Of a DNA stretch of 64,000 nucleotides, positions 1-8,327 are shown piece after piece (position 1 is the stretch's first letter; each line of letters begins with the position of its first letter). Made by a program: the position numbers and the translations under genes. The DNA comes from Rebecca billardiae RCC1528 (taxonomy: Eukaryota > Protista > Haptophyta), in NCBI GenBank assembly GCA_965240325.2, contig OZ251226.1, positions 1,922,001 through 1,986,000 of the forward strand, written 5' to 3'. Under the pieces are notes generated by a model. It was given only the letters and a program-made list of their open reading frames with translations. It made no database searches and was not told the origin of the DNA.

Positions 1-2025
1 ACACCCGGTCCGGGTGTGGGCACAGGCGGCGCGGCAGGTGCGCCGGCTGGGACTGACGGCGCGACGCCTGTGGGCGGCGCCGGCGTCGGCGCGGTGCCTA
101 CGGGCGGCGCCGGCGGGATCGGTGGCGCGGCGCCCGCGGGCGGCGCTGCCGTGACGCTCGATCCGCGCGCGCGCGAGCTCTACCGCCGCGAGCGCGAGAC
201 CGAGGAACAGATGTATGAGCGGCAGGCGAGCGAGCACGCCATGCTGGACATCAAGCTCCGACAGAGCGTGTTGGAGGCAGCGCCGGACGGCGACGAGGCG
301 GACCCCGCCAAGTACGCCGGGGCGCAGTACGAGAAACGGACGGCTTTCTTACGCACCGAGCTGCGGTCGTGGGTGACGGAGGCTGCGTGGCAGCACATCA
401 ACCGCCTCATGGAGACGCAGCCGGAGGTGCAGGAGGAGCGCGCGCGCCTGAGCGCACTTACGCCGGGGCGCGAGTTCCTGTACCTGTGGAAGGCGATCCT
501 GCGCATGCGCAAGCCCGACGACATGCGGAAGTACATGTCGGTGCGGGCACGCTGGCATCGGACGGTCCTGCCGGACTGCGGCAAGGACGGCGTCGGCGCA
601 CTCGAGCTCTTCCAGGTGCTACAGCACAACCACGTGCTGCTGCAGGAGCTGAGTGACGCAGCGCCAGCGGCGGAGATGCTTGCGCGGCTCATCGAGTTCA
701 TTCCGCCGGTGGGCGCGGGCATCGAGATGCGGACGCGGTACGAGTCGAAGGACTACAGGACCGTGACGAACTTCGACGTGCAGGAGCTCGTGCACGAGCT
801 CAACGGCAAGTTCGAGGACTGGGACTTCTCCAAGGGCAAGCGGGTTGACCGCGGCGGCCCTGGGCGCCCAGGGGCGGGTGGCCGCACGCCAGGAGGCGGC
901 GGCGCTACCCGCGCGCACCCAATCGACGGGCTCCGCCTGGCGCAGGCGGCGGCGGCGTCGGCGGGTGGCGGCGGCGGCGACACGACGTCGCCGGCTGGCC
1001 GTGGTGGCGGCGGCGGAGGTCGTGGCGGTGGCGGCGGCGGCACTGGCCGCGGCGCCGGCCGCGGAGGCCAGGACGACTCCGACGACGCGCACGGGCCGCG
1101 CTGCTACAAGTGCGGCGCCGTGGGGCATATCAAGCGTTACTGCCCGCAGGTGACGCAGGCTGATCGCGACTCGAACGCTGGCGATGACGCGGCGTCGACG
1201 CGGTCGGATCGCAGCCGTGGCTCACATCGGAGCGGCGGCGGCGGTGGCGGCAGCGGTGCGGGGGGCAGCACCCGCGCCGTGGTCGGGAATGGCAACGGCG
1301 GCGGCACGGTCCGCACGCAGGTCGCGTTCGCACCCGAGCAGGGTGACGAGCCCGACGGCGCCGTTGGTGGCGACGGTGACGCTGACGCCGGAGACGGCGG
1401 CGGCGCCGGCGCCGGACTCGGCTTGGCGCCTATTGGCGCGGCTATCGGCGGCAGGGCGCAGCGCGACGAGGACGTCGAGATCGTCGCGGCGCGGGCGGCC
1501 GAGGCACGCGTGGCGCCGCCGGAGGACAACACGCGGGCGTTGGTGTTTGACACTGGCGCACGGAAGAACATCGCCATGGCCGAGGATTTGACGAATCTTA
1601 CCCCGGTGGACGGCGCATGTCAGATCGAGTGGGGGAACGGTGCGCGGGAGCGGGTCACTCACCGCGGGACCCTGGTGGTCAAGCTTGCGGCGGACGACGA
1701 CAGCGACAAGGTCCTCACGCTCGAGATCGAGGCGTGGGCGTCGCGGCGCGTCACGGCGCCGCTGCTGTCGGTCGAGCACTGCGCGGACGCAGGCATCGAG
1801 TTCCACTACTCGCAGCGCGGCAACACTGCGGACTTTACGGCGCTGGGAGGCGGCGTCGTGCAGCTGCCGCGCGATTCCACGCTGCGCGCCGAGATCGTAC
1901 GGCGCCAGGTGGGGCCGGACGTCGGCGATGCGCCGACGGAGCCGCGCGCACGGCGCAGGGCGCCAGTGCGGCGCGTGGGCGCGGGGCGGGGGCGCGTTGG
2001 CGCTGCGCCGCCCCCAAACGCCTAA
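1..2025 (+). CDS. gag: copia Gag + aspartic protease ORF (5'-partial)
   Basis: Frame is open from position 1. CCHC knuckle CYKCGAVGHIKRYC; protease motif LVFDTGA and later PLLSV; stop TAA at 2023-2025. Confidence 0.9.
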   Translation, partial: TPGPGVGTGGAAGAPAGTDGATPVGGAGVGAVPTGGAGGIGGAAPAGGAAVTLDPRARELYRRERETEEQMYERQASEHAMLDIKLRQSVLEAAPDGDEADPAKYAGAQYEKRTAFLRTELRSWVTEAAWQHINRLMETQPEVQEERARLSALTPGREFLYLWKAILRMRKPDDMRKYMSVRARWHRTVLPDCGKDGVGALELFQVLQHNHVLLQELSDAAPAAEMLARLIEFIPPVGAGIEMRTRYESKDYRTVTNFDVQELVHELNGKFEDWDFSKGKRVDRGGPGRPGAGGRTPGGGGATRAHPIDGLRLAQAAAASAGGGGGDTTSPAGRGGGGGGRGGGGGGTGRGAGRGGQDDSDDAHGPRCYKCGAVGHIKRYCPQVTQADRDSNAGDDAASTRSDRSRGSHRSGGGGGGSGAGGSTRAVVGNGNGGGTVRTQVAFAPEQGDEPDGAVGGDGDADAGDGGGAGAGLGLAPIGAAIGGRAQRDEDVEIVAARAAEARVAPPEDNTRALVFDTGARKNIAMAEDLTNLTPVDGACQIEWGNGARERVTHRGTLVVKLAADDDSDKVLTLEIEAWASRRVTAPLLSVEHCADAGIEFHYSQRGNTADFTALGGGVVQLPRDSTLRAEIVRRQVGPDVGDAPTEPRARRRAPVRRVGAGRGRVGAAPPPNA

Positions 2026-2050
2026 GCCCGGAACCCGCGCAGGTGCGAGC
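2013..2050 (+). promoter_or_regulatory. putative -1 programmed ribosomal frameshift signal
   Basis: C CCA AAC (X XXY YYZ) in the Gag frame at 2013-2019, one codon before the stop. A 6-nt spacer precedes an imperfect stem-loop at 2026-2050. Confidence 0.7.
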
Positions 2051-5000
2051 CACAAACACAACCACTACGGTATCTGATACCACTACTACTACGGAGGCGG
2101 CGCGAGGCGCTGATCCGGCGTGGTTACGCACTTGGTCGGTTCGAACGGGCACCAATGACCAACGTCTACTCGAGCGCACGCGACGCGTGGCCGAGGGGAT
2201 GGAGGGGGCGAACGCGCGACGTGAGCCGCTTGACGAGCAGTCGGCGGCGGGCATGACGCGGCGGTCGTTCGCGGACGCGATGCCGACGGCGCACTACCCT
2301 GGGCAGGTGACGCACGTCGACATCTTCTCTATGGCGCGCATCGACTTACCAGTTGGGGCCGATGGCGCACGTGGAGGGTATCCTCATGGGATCATATTCA
2401 TCGATGGGCATTCACGTCGATGGCAAGTGTACGCGCTACGCAGCTTGGATGACGCCGAGGTTGGTCGGGCATTCCGCTGGTACGCGCAGTTGCTTGGAAC
2501 AGGGGCCATGCACATGTCGCATTGGGTCCTGGCGTCTGGGTGTACTATGGCGCGACGCCATATTCACACCGACGGTGGCTCGACGTTACTGAGTACGTAC
2601 GTCGAGGGTGAGCTGGCGAAGCTTGGGTTCTCGTCGACGGTCACGTCGGCGCCCGACTCGCCGAGCTCGAATGGCGTGGCGGAACGCGCTATCCGCACGC
2701 TGAAGTCGAGACTGCGCGCCACGGTCGTTGCGCGTGGAGTTTCGAGGGTCGATTGGCACTACGCGGCGTGGCACGCATGCGCGTCGCGCAATCGACTGGC
2801 GTCACGTGGTATCATTCGTGACGATGGAGACATTGAGTGGCTCACGCCGGATGAGCTGTTCTTTGGCAAACGTCCGACGTGGAAGCATCACGTGGCGTTT
2901 GGCGCGCGCTGCCGCGTGCTGATGCTGGGCGCACGGCGCAATGCATTGGGGCAGCTGAAGCAGCGCGCACTACCCGGACGTGTCTATCTCTGGGGTGGGC
3001 ACGGCGTGCAGTGGCACGGTACATGGCGCTACGTGCTTGGGTACGTATGTCGTTTAGACGACGGACGTCTCGTTCACTCACGTGATGTACGCATCGACGA
3101 GACCGACCTGGTCGAGGGGGGGCACTCGTCGCTGGGCGCACCTGACGGTGGCGCGTACGTGGGTGATGGTGACGGCGCCGCGGTAAGCGGCGGACATCGT
3201 CCAGTCGGCGGTGACGCCGACGGTGAGGACGAGGACGGCGACGGTGGCGAGACGCCAGCCGACGCCGGGAATGACGACGCGACAGAGTTCGACGTCGGGT
3301 ACGACGACGACGCAGATGCGTCAACGTCGGGGCGCGGGCGCAGCAGCGTGGACGCGGGACAACGCGGGTGCAGCAGCGCGGGCGCACAGCCGTCGACGCC
3401 GACGCCGCAGGGCGGGCGTGGCGGGGCAGGCGCGTCGATGACGCAGCCGGGTCGGCAGGATCAGATACCGCCGACGGAATCACGGCGCGGGACCGCAGCA
3501 GATGCTGGCGGGCCGCCGCGCGGCGCAGACGGTGACGACGGCGTGATCGAGGACGCGCCGCCGCCCGGTCTGGATATGGGACACGATCCGCTTCGCAGGG
3601 ATCGGACGTCGCGCCGACGGCCGCAGCTGCTTACTGCCGTCGTCAGCGCCGCGTCGGTGTTCCAGAAGATCAACGTGAAGGTGCCGACGAACTATCGCGA
3701 GGCGATGCGGTCGGCGGAGGCGCCCCAGTGGCAGGGCGCCATGCTCGAGCACTTGGAAGGTCACAAGTTGCTCGGCACCTCGGAGGAGGTGGTGGTTCCG
3801 GAGGGCACGCGGGTGTTGCCGAGCCAGTGGGTCTTTGACGTCAAGTCGAACCCGGAGGGCGAGGTGACGCGCTTCAAGGCGCGGTCGGTGCTACTGGGGA
3901 ACCTACAGCGGCCGGGGATCGACTTTCAGGAGGTCTTTGCTCCGACGATCCGGCCGGAACAAGTGCGACTACTCGTGGCGATCGCCGCTCAGCAGGCTGG
4001 CGCGAGAGTTGACTTGGGTGCAGCGTCGGTTGCGGCGCTGGGCATACTGTCGAAGGGCGACGTCAAGGACGCGTACCTCAACTCGGAGTTGAAGCCGGAT
4101 GAGCGGCCTCTCTTCTCATTCCCGCCGGGCTACGTGCCGAGCACGCAGGCGCCGCCGGGGTACAAAGTCGTGGGCCGGAGCCTCAAGGCGTATCCGGGCC
4201 TACGCCAGTCTGGGCGCGCGTGGCATCGCACGCACCGCACCCAGCTGCTCGCGCGCGGCTTCTCGGAGTGTCCGAGTGCGCCGTGCATCTACGTCAAGGA
4301 GTCGGCGCCGGGCGAGTTCATCATCGCGGGCGGCTTTGTCGACGACTTGCTGTTTCTCAACCTGACGCGCGACGCGCGCGCGGTGGAGAAGCTGGCGGCT
4401 GACCTGAAGGAGCACTACGAGATCAAGCTGAGTGAGCGGCTCGATAAGTTCCTGGGCGCCGTGTTTGAAGTTCATGACGACGGCATCCTGATGCATCTGG
4501 GGCCGTACGTCGAGAGCGTGCTTCAGCGGTTCGGTTTGAACGCGAGCACGCCGGCGCGCACGCCGGAGCCGGCGGCGCGGGCGCAGCTGAGCGACGACGA
4601 CGAGGCGTTGCTGCAGCGCGCGGAGATTGAGAACTACCAGGCGATGGTGGGATGTCTCATGTTTGCGATGGTCACGGCGCGGCCGGACATCGCGCACGCG
4701 GTGAACATGCTGACGCGACGCATGTCATGTCCGCGGGCGGTGGATCTGGTAAGTGCGAAGCGTGTGCTGCGCTACTTACGTGGATGCCCGCGATTGGGAA
4801 TCTTGTTCAAGTTTGCAACAGATTCCGAGCACCCCGACCTACTTGCTTTCGCTGACTCCGATTGGGCAAGCAATCCGGTGGAGACCAAGGGCAGGTCGAC
4901 GGGTGGATACATTGTGTTCTACAATGGGGCGCCGGTGTCGTGGCACAGCGGGCTGCAAGGTACAGTCTCGCTGAGCTCGACGGAGGCGGAGTACGTCGCG

Positions 5001-5327
5001 CTGAGCGATTGCTGCCGCGAGGTGAGCTACTTGCGGAGCATACTCGAGTCCATGCGGCAGCCGCCGCGGGCCGCGACGGGGGTGCGAGAGGACAACAAAG
5101 GGGCTATCGACCTCGTAGAGAATCCTGTGCACCACAAGCGCTCGAAGCACATCGAGATCAAGCATCACTATGTGCGTGACGCGCAGGAGGGTGGCAAGGT
5201 GAAGGTGGTCAAGGTACACACCTCACTCAACCACTCTGACATCATGACGAAGGCGACGGACGGTGCGACGTTCAAGCGGCACGTCGACGCCATCATGGTG
5301 GAGCGACACCCGACGCGCGCGCGGTAA
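2013..5327 (+). CDS. pol: copia Pol (integrase, reverse transcriptase, RNase H) in the -1 frame; open frame 1617..5327
   Basis: IN: HVDIF / HTDGG / NGVAER (DDE). RT: WVFDVK, FKARSV, DVKDAYL, GLRQSGRAW, FVDDLL. RNaseH: ADSDWA, TEAEYVA, EDNKGA, KHIEIKHHYVRD, SDIMTKA. Confidence 0.95.
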   Translation, partial: PKRLSPEPAQVRATNTTTTVSDTTTTTEAARGADPAWLRTWSVRTGTNDQRLLERTRRVAEGMEGANARREPLDEQSAAGMTRRSFADAMPTAHYPGQVTHVDIFSMARIDLPVGADGARGGYPHGIIFIDGHSRRWQVYALRSLDDAEVGRAFRWYAQLLGTGAMHMSHWVLASGCTMARRHIHTDGGSTLLSTYVEGELAKLGFSSTVTSAPDSPSSNGVAERAIRTLKSRLRATVVARGVSRVDWHYAAWHACASRNRLASRGIIRDDGDIEWLTPDELFFGKRPTWKHHVAFGARCRVLMLGARRNALGQLKQRALPGRVYLWGGHGVQWHGTWRYVLGYVCRLDDGRLVHSRDVRIDETDLVEGGHSSLGAPDGGAYVGDGDGAAVSGGHRPVGGDADGEDEDGDGGETPADAGNDDATEFDVGYDDDADASTSGRGRSSVDAGQRGCSSAGAQPSTPTPQGGRGGAGASMTQPGRQDQIPPTESRRGTAADAGGPPRGADGDDGVIEDAPPPGLDMGHDPLRRDRTSRRRPQLLTAVVSAASVFQKINVKVPTNYREAMRSAEAPQWQGAMLEHLEGHKLLGTSEEVVVPEGTRVLPSQWVFDVKSNPEGEVTRFKARSVLLGNLQRPGIDFQEVFAPTIRPEQVRLLVAIAAQQAGARVDLGAASVAALGILSKGDVKDAYLNSELKPDERPLFSFPPGYVPSTQAPPGYKVVGRSLKAYPGLRQSGRAWHRTHRTQLLARGFSECPSAPCIYVKESAPGEFIIAGGFVDDLLFLNLTRDARAVEKLAADLKEHYEIKLSERLDKFLGAVFEVHDDGILMHLGPYVESVLQRFGLNASTPARTPEPAARAQLSDDDEALLQRAEIENYQAMVGCLMFAMVTARPDIAHAVNMLTRRMSCPRAVDLVSAKRVLRYLRGCPRLGILFKFATDSEHPDLLAFADSDWASNPVETKGRSTGGYIVFYNGAPVSWHSGLQGTVSLSSTEAEYVALSDCCREVSYLRSILESMRQPPRAATGVREDNKGAIDLVENPVHHKRSKHIEIKHHYVRDAQEGGKVKVVKVHTSLNHSDIMTKATDGATFKRHVDAIMVERHPTRAR

Positions 5328-5354
5328 GCGGCGCAGCTCGCGGCTATGGCTGTC

Positions 5355-5363
5355 GAGGGGGGG
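5355..5363 (+). promoter_or_regulatory. polypurine tract
   Basis: GAGGGGGGG immediately before TGTTGAG. Confidence 0.85.
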
Positions 5364-6172
5364 TGTTGAGCTGACGCAGCCTGGGGCGCGCATCTCAGCA
5401 GATGGCGTCGCCGCTGGGACGTCAGGGCCGGCGCCGCACCAGGCGGGCCGGCGGCATCAGCTACGGAGCAGTGGCTGGCTCTGGCGGCGCGCGCGCGCGG
5501 CGCGCGCGGCGGCAGGAGCGCGAGCGCAGCAGCGCTGGCGCGGATCGACGTGGACGCGGAGCGCGGACGCGGCAGCGCGGACGCGGAGCGACACGGACGC
5601 GGCGCGTGCGCGGGCGGTACGGCCCGGCGCAGCGCGGCACGGTGACGTCGCACGGGCATGGCCCGGCCGCCATCGTGGAAGCGTGTTGGAGTTCTCGAGA
5701 ACGCAAACACGACCGTTTCATCCAGAAATTCATCACGGACGAGGACGTCCGGATTCAACGGGTACACGGATCCAGAAACCGTGTGCGACCAGCAGTTACG
5801 GCGGTGCGTCGGGAACACCTGTGATTGGTTGACGCACGGGGCGTGCGGCTCGGAATCATTGAGATTCCCCGAGCCGGGCCAGCAAACGCCGGGTCACCCC
5901 GCCGGAGCCGAAAAGAGCTCGGCGGGAGGTTACTTTTGCTCGTCCGAGGAGCGAGGGTCAGATTGCCTCGTGGGCGTCATCGTCGACGCGCCCGGCTACG
6001 CGCCGGTGAGCTTTTAGCAGGGCTCGACACGCTCGGAGCTCGCGTTTACCCAATATGTTACTCATGCTGCGTCAGGCTATACTGCCCGCGGATCTTAGGC
6101 ACTTCAGGCAATGCCTGAGTAACTCCCAGACCGGGGTAGCCTCGTCAGCGGTCTTGTTCGCAGCGGTCAGCA
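5364..6172 (+). repeat. 3' LTR (end approximate)
   Basis: Starts TGTTG right after the PPT. The 5' LTR is not in the window, so the end cannot be confirmed. Confidence 0.65.
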
Positions 6173-6372
6173 GCTGTGACAGCACGCCGTCGCCGCCCTC
6201 ACGTCCGCGCTGCACGCCTTGAAGACAAGGGCTCTTGCCTTGCAAGACCTTGCTGATATATATTTAACGACGTGGCATATTGAATTCTAATTTGGAATTG
6301 GAAATATTCAATTATTTACGCTGTCTTCATATTCCAGCCGCCGCGCGACCGCTAGGTACAACCTCATCGCAA

Positions 6373-6454
6373 GACACATTGCCCGAGTGGTCAAGGGGGA
6401 GGACTTGAAATCCTCTGCGTACTACGCGCGTAGGTTCAAATCCTGCATGTGTCG
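6373..6454 (+). tRNA. tRNA-Ser: tRNA-Ser(TGA)
   Basis: Acceptor GACACAT/ATGTGTC plus G discriminator; D-loop AGTGGTCAAG; anticodon arm GAGGA-CT-TGA-AA-TCCTC; long variable arm; GGTTCAAATCC; T-run shortly downstream. Confidence 0.95.
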
Positions 6455-6711
6455 CTGGATGTCTCCGTTTTCAACACAGCAGTCTTTCTCTGTCCAGGCG
6501 GCTGTGCGGCGCGCTATTTCTATCAACGAGCTGTACGCTCATGTCTTCTCATCAGGCTCTGTGTCTTAAGCCGGTGCTGCCACAGCATAGCTACTCGCTG
6601 TCTGGCTTAGCCGAGCACGGAACTCCGAGCCCGGGTCAGGATGCCACACTCCATGGATCCACACAGCGTCGCGTTGCGCGCGCGACCGGCCAGGGCCGCT
6701 AGGCTGCGATC

Positions 6712-8148
6712 TCACCACCACCGCGGCTCCACGCTCGGGCGGGGCGGGCGTGGGTCGCGGTACTTGTGCCCGCGCAGCCACTCGCGCAGGAAGGCGGCCA
6801 TGCCGCGCAGCGCCTCGTCGGCCTGCGCGCGGCTGACTTGGGCCTCGTCCACACCCGCCTCCTCCGCGAGCCGCCGCGCGAGCGTGCGGATGCGCTCCGG
6901 CGGTGCTGCCATGTGCGTCAGCGCGTGCTCCAGCAGCACGTGCAGGTCGCCGCGCCGCCGGCGCTCCTGCTTCTTCACCGTCTTGAGCTTCGAGCCCATC
7001 CCGCTGTAGTGCAGCGCGAGCACACCGTCGCGCGTGATCTCGCGCTCGATCTCGGCCGGGTCGACCTCGATGCGCCCGGACATGATCCCAAAGCGCGGCG
7101 CGATGCTGCGGCCGCGCGCGTCGCGCCGCTCGGGGTAGTTCTCGACGTGCACGAGCGACGGGTGCTCGACGGCGAGCAGGAAGGGCACGCGGCACGACTG
7201 CGTGTCCCAGCCCTCGCCGTCCCACGCGGCGAACGACTCGTACACCAGCCGCGCGAACGGCGCGCCGGGGCGCGAGAGCATCATCCCGTTGTTCAGCTTG
7301 CCGGACGTCCACTTGCTCCAGTCGTAGGGCATGGTGAAGTCATATGCGCGCAGCTCGTGCAGCGGGCGCACGACGAAGCAGTCGGCGTCGAGGTAGATGC
7401 CGCCGTCGTCGAGCAGCACCTGGATGCGCAGCACGTCGCTGAGGTGCTGCGGGAGCATGCGCTCGGGGCGGAGCGGCCGCCGCGCCGCCGCCGCGGCCGG
7501 CGGCATGCGCACGCGCGGGTGCACCTGCACGTGGCCCAGCCGGCGCATGCACCGCCAGTTGGGAAGCTCGGCCGCCGGCTCGACGTCCACGTGGATCACC
7601 ATCTCGGCCGGGTTGTGCACGAGCGCGGCGGTGAGCATCGAGAGGCACGCGTACCCGTGCGGCTGCGCGCCGCCGACGTGCACGATGTGCACCACGTCGG
7701 GCACCACCGGCGTGCCGCGCCGCGGCGCGGAGAAGTTGGCGAGGTGCTTGAAGAGCGCGGGCGGCGTGCGCGCGGCGAGCAGCGCGCCGCGCGCCGTGTG
7801 CAGCGCGAGGCGCAGCTCGGAGCGCGGCTCGTGCACGCCGCGCCAGATGGATGGGTCGGCGTACGGCGCAACGCACTCGGCGCGCACGACCCGCCGCGCC
7901 GCGTCGATGGACCACGAGCGCGGCGCGCCCGCGCTCACGTTGCCAAAGAGGCACTCGACGCCGCGAACGGCCGCCGCGCTCGTCGCGTGCTTCGGCGCGG
8001 GGAGCGCGATGTGCACGACGTGCCCGCTTGGGCCCGCCGCGATCACGTCGCGCTCGAGGAGCTCCCACCGCCGCACACCCGAGCCCGCGCGCCCGCACCG
8101 CGCGCCCCATGCGAGCAGCAACAGCAGCCGGCCGAGCGGCGCAGCCAT
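6712..8148 (-). CDS. DXD glycosyltransferase, GT32 (alpha-1,4-glycosyltransferase-like), secretory pathway
   Basis: Signal peptide MAAPLGRLLLLLAW; VPDVVH; HLSDVLRIQVLLDDGGIYLDAD; LNNGMM. Confidence 0.85.
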   Translation of the reverse strand: MAAPLGRLLLLLAWGARCGRAGSGVRRWELLERDVIAAGPSGHVVHIALPAPKHATSAAAVRGVECLFGNVSAGAPRSWSIDAARRVVRAECVAPYADPSIWRGVHEPRSELRLALHTARGALLAARTPPALFKHLANFSAPRRGTPVVPDVVHIVHVGGAQPHGYACLSMLTAALVHNPAEMVIHVDVEPAAELPNWRCMRRLGHVQVHPRVRMPPAAAAARRPLRPERMLPQHLSDVLRIQVLLDDGGIYLDADCFVVRPLHELRAYDFTMPYDWSKWTSGKLNNGMMLSRPGAPFARLVYESFAAWDGEGWDTQSCRVPFLLAVEHPSLVHVENYPERRDARGRSIAPRFGIMSGRIEVDPAEIEREITRDGVLALHYSGMGSKLKTVKKQERRRRGDLHVLLEHALTHMAAPPERIRTLARRLAEEAGVDEAQVSRAQADEALRGMAAFLREWLRGHKYRDPRPPRPSVEPRWW

Positions 8149-8327
8149 CGTGCGCTGGCGGCAGGACTGCGCACTGGAGCGCTCCGGCGGCGCTGAGCAA
8201 GCGCGGCAGGCCCGCCGCACCGCAGGCGCGAGAAGGTGCGCGCATCCTCCACACCACCCGCTCTTCTCGCGCGGTCATTCCCCCCCTGCGTGGCCGCATC
8301 CGCACGAGCAGCGCGCCGAGCAGAGCT

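Larger units (their letters stand above)
1..6172 (+). mobile_element. Ty1/copia LTR retrotransposon (5' part outside window)
   Basis: Domain order Gag-PR-IN-RT-RNaseH, then a polypurine tract and a TG-starting LTR. The right boundary is approximate (TCAGCA at 6167-6172 or GACAGCA at about 6184). Confidence 0.95.

Noticed and set aside
1617-2012. 5' extension of the pol ORF as real protein
   Set aside because: Arg/Gly/Ala-rich shadow frame overlapping the protease; homology begins only after the slippery site.
6373-6454. tRNA-Sec or suppressor tRNA
   Set aside because: Anticodon TGA reads UCA (Ser); Sec needs TCA and a longer acceptor arm.
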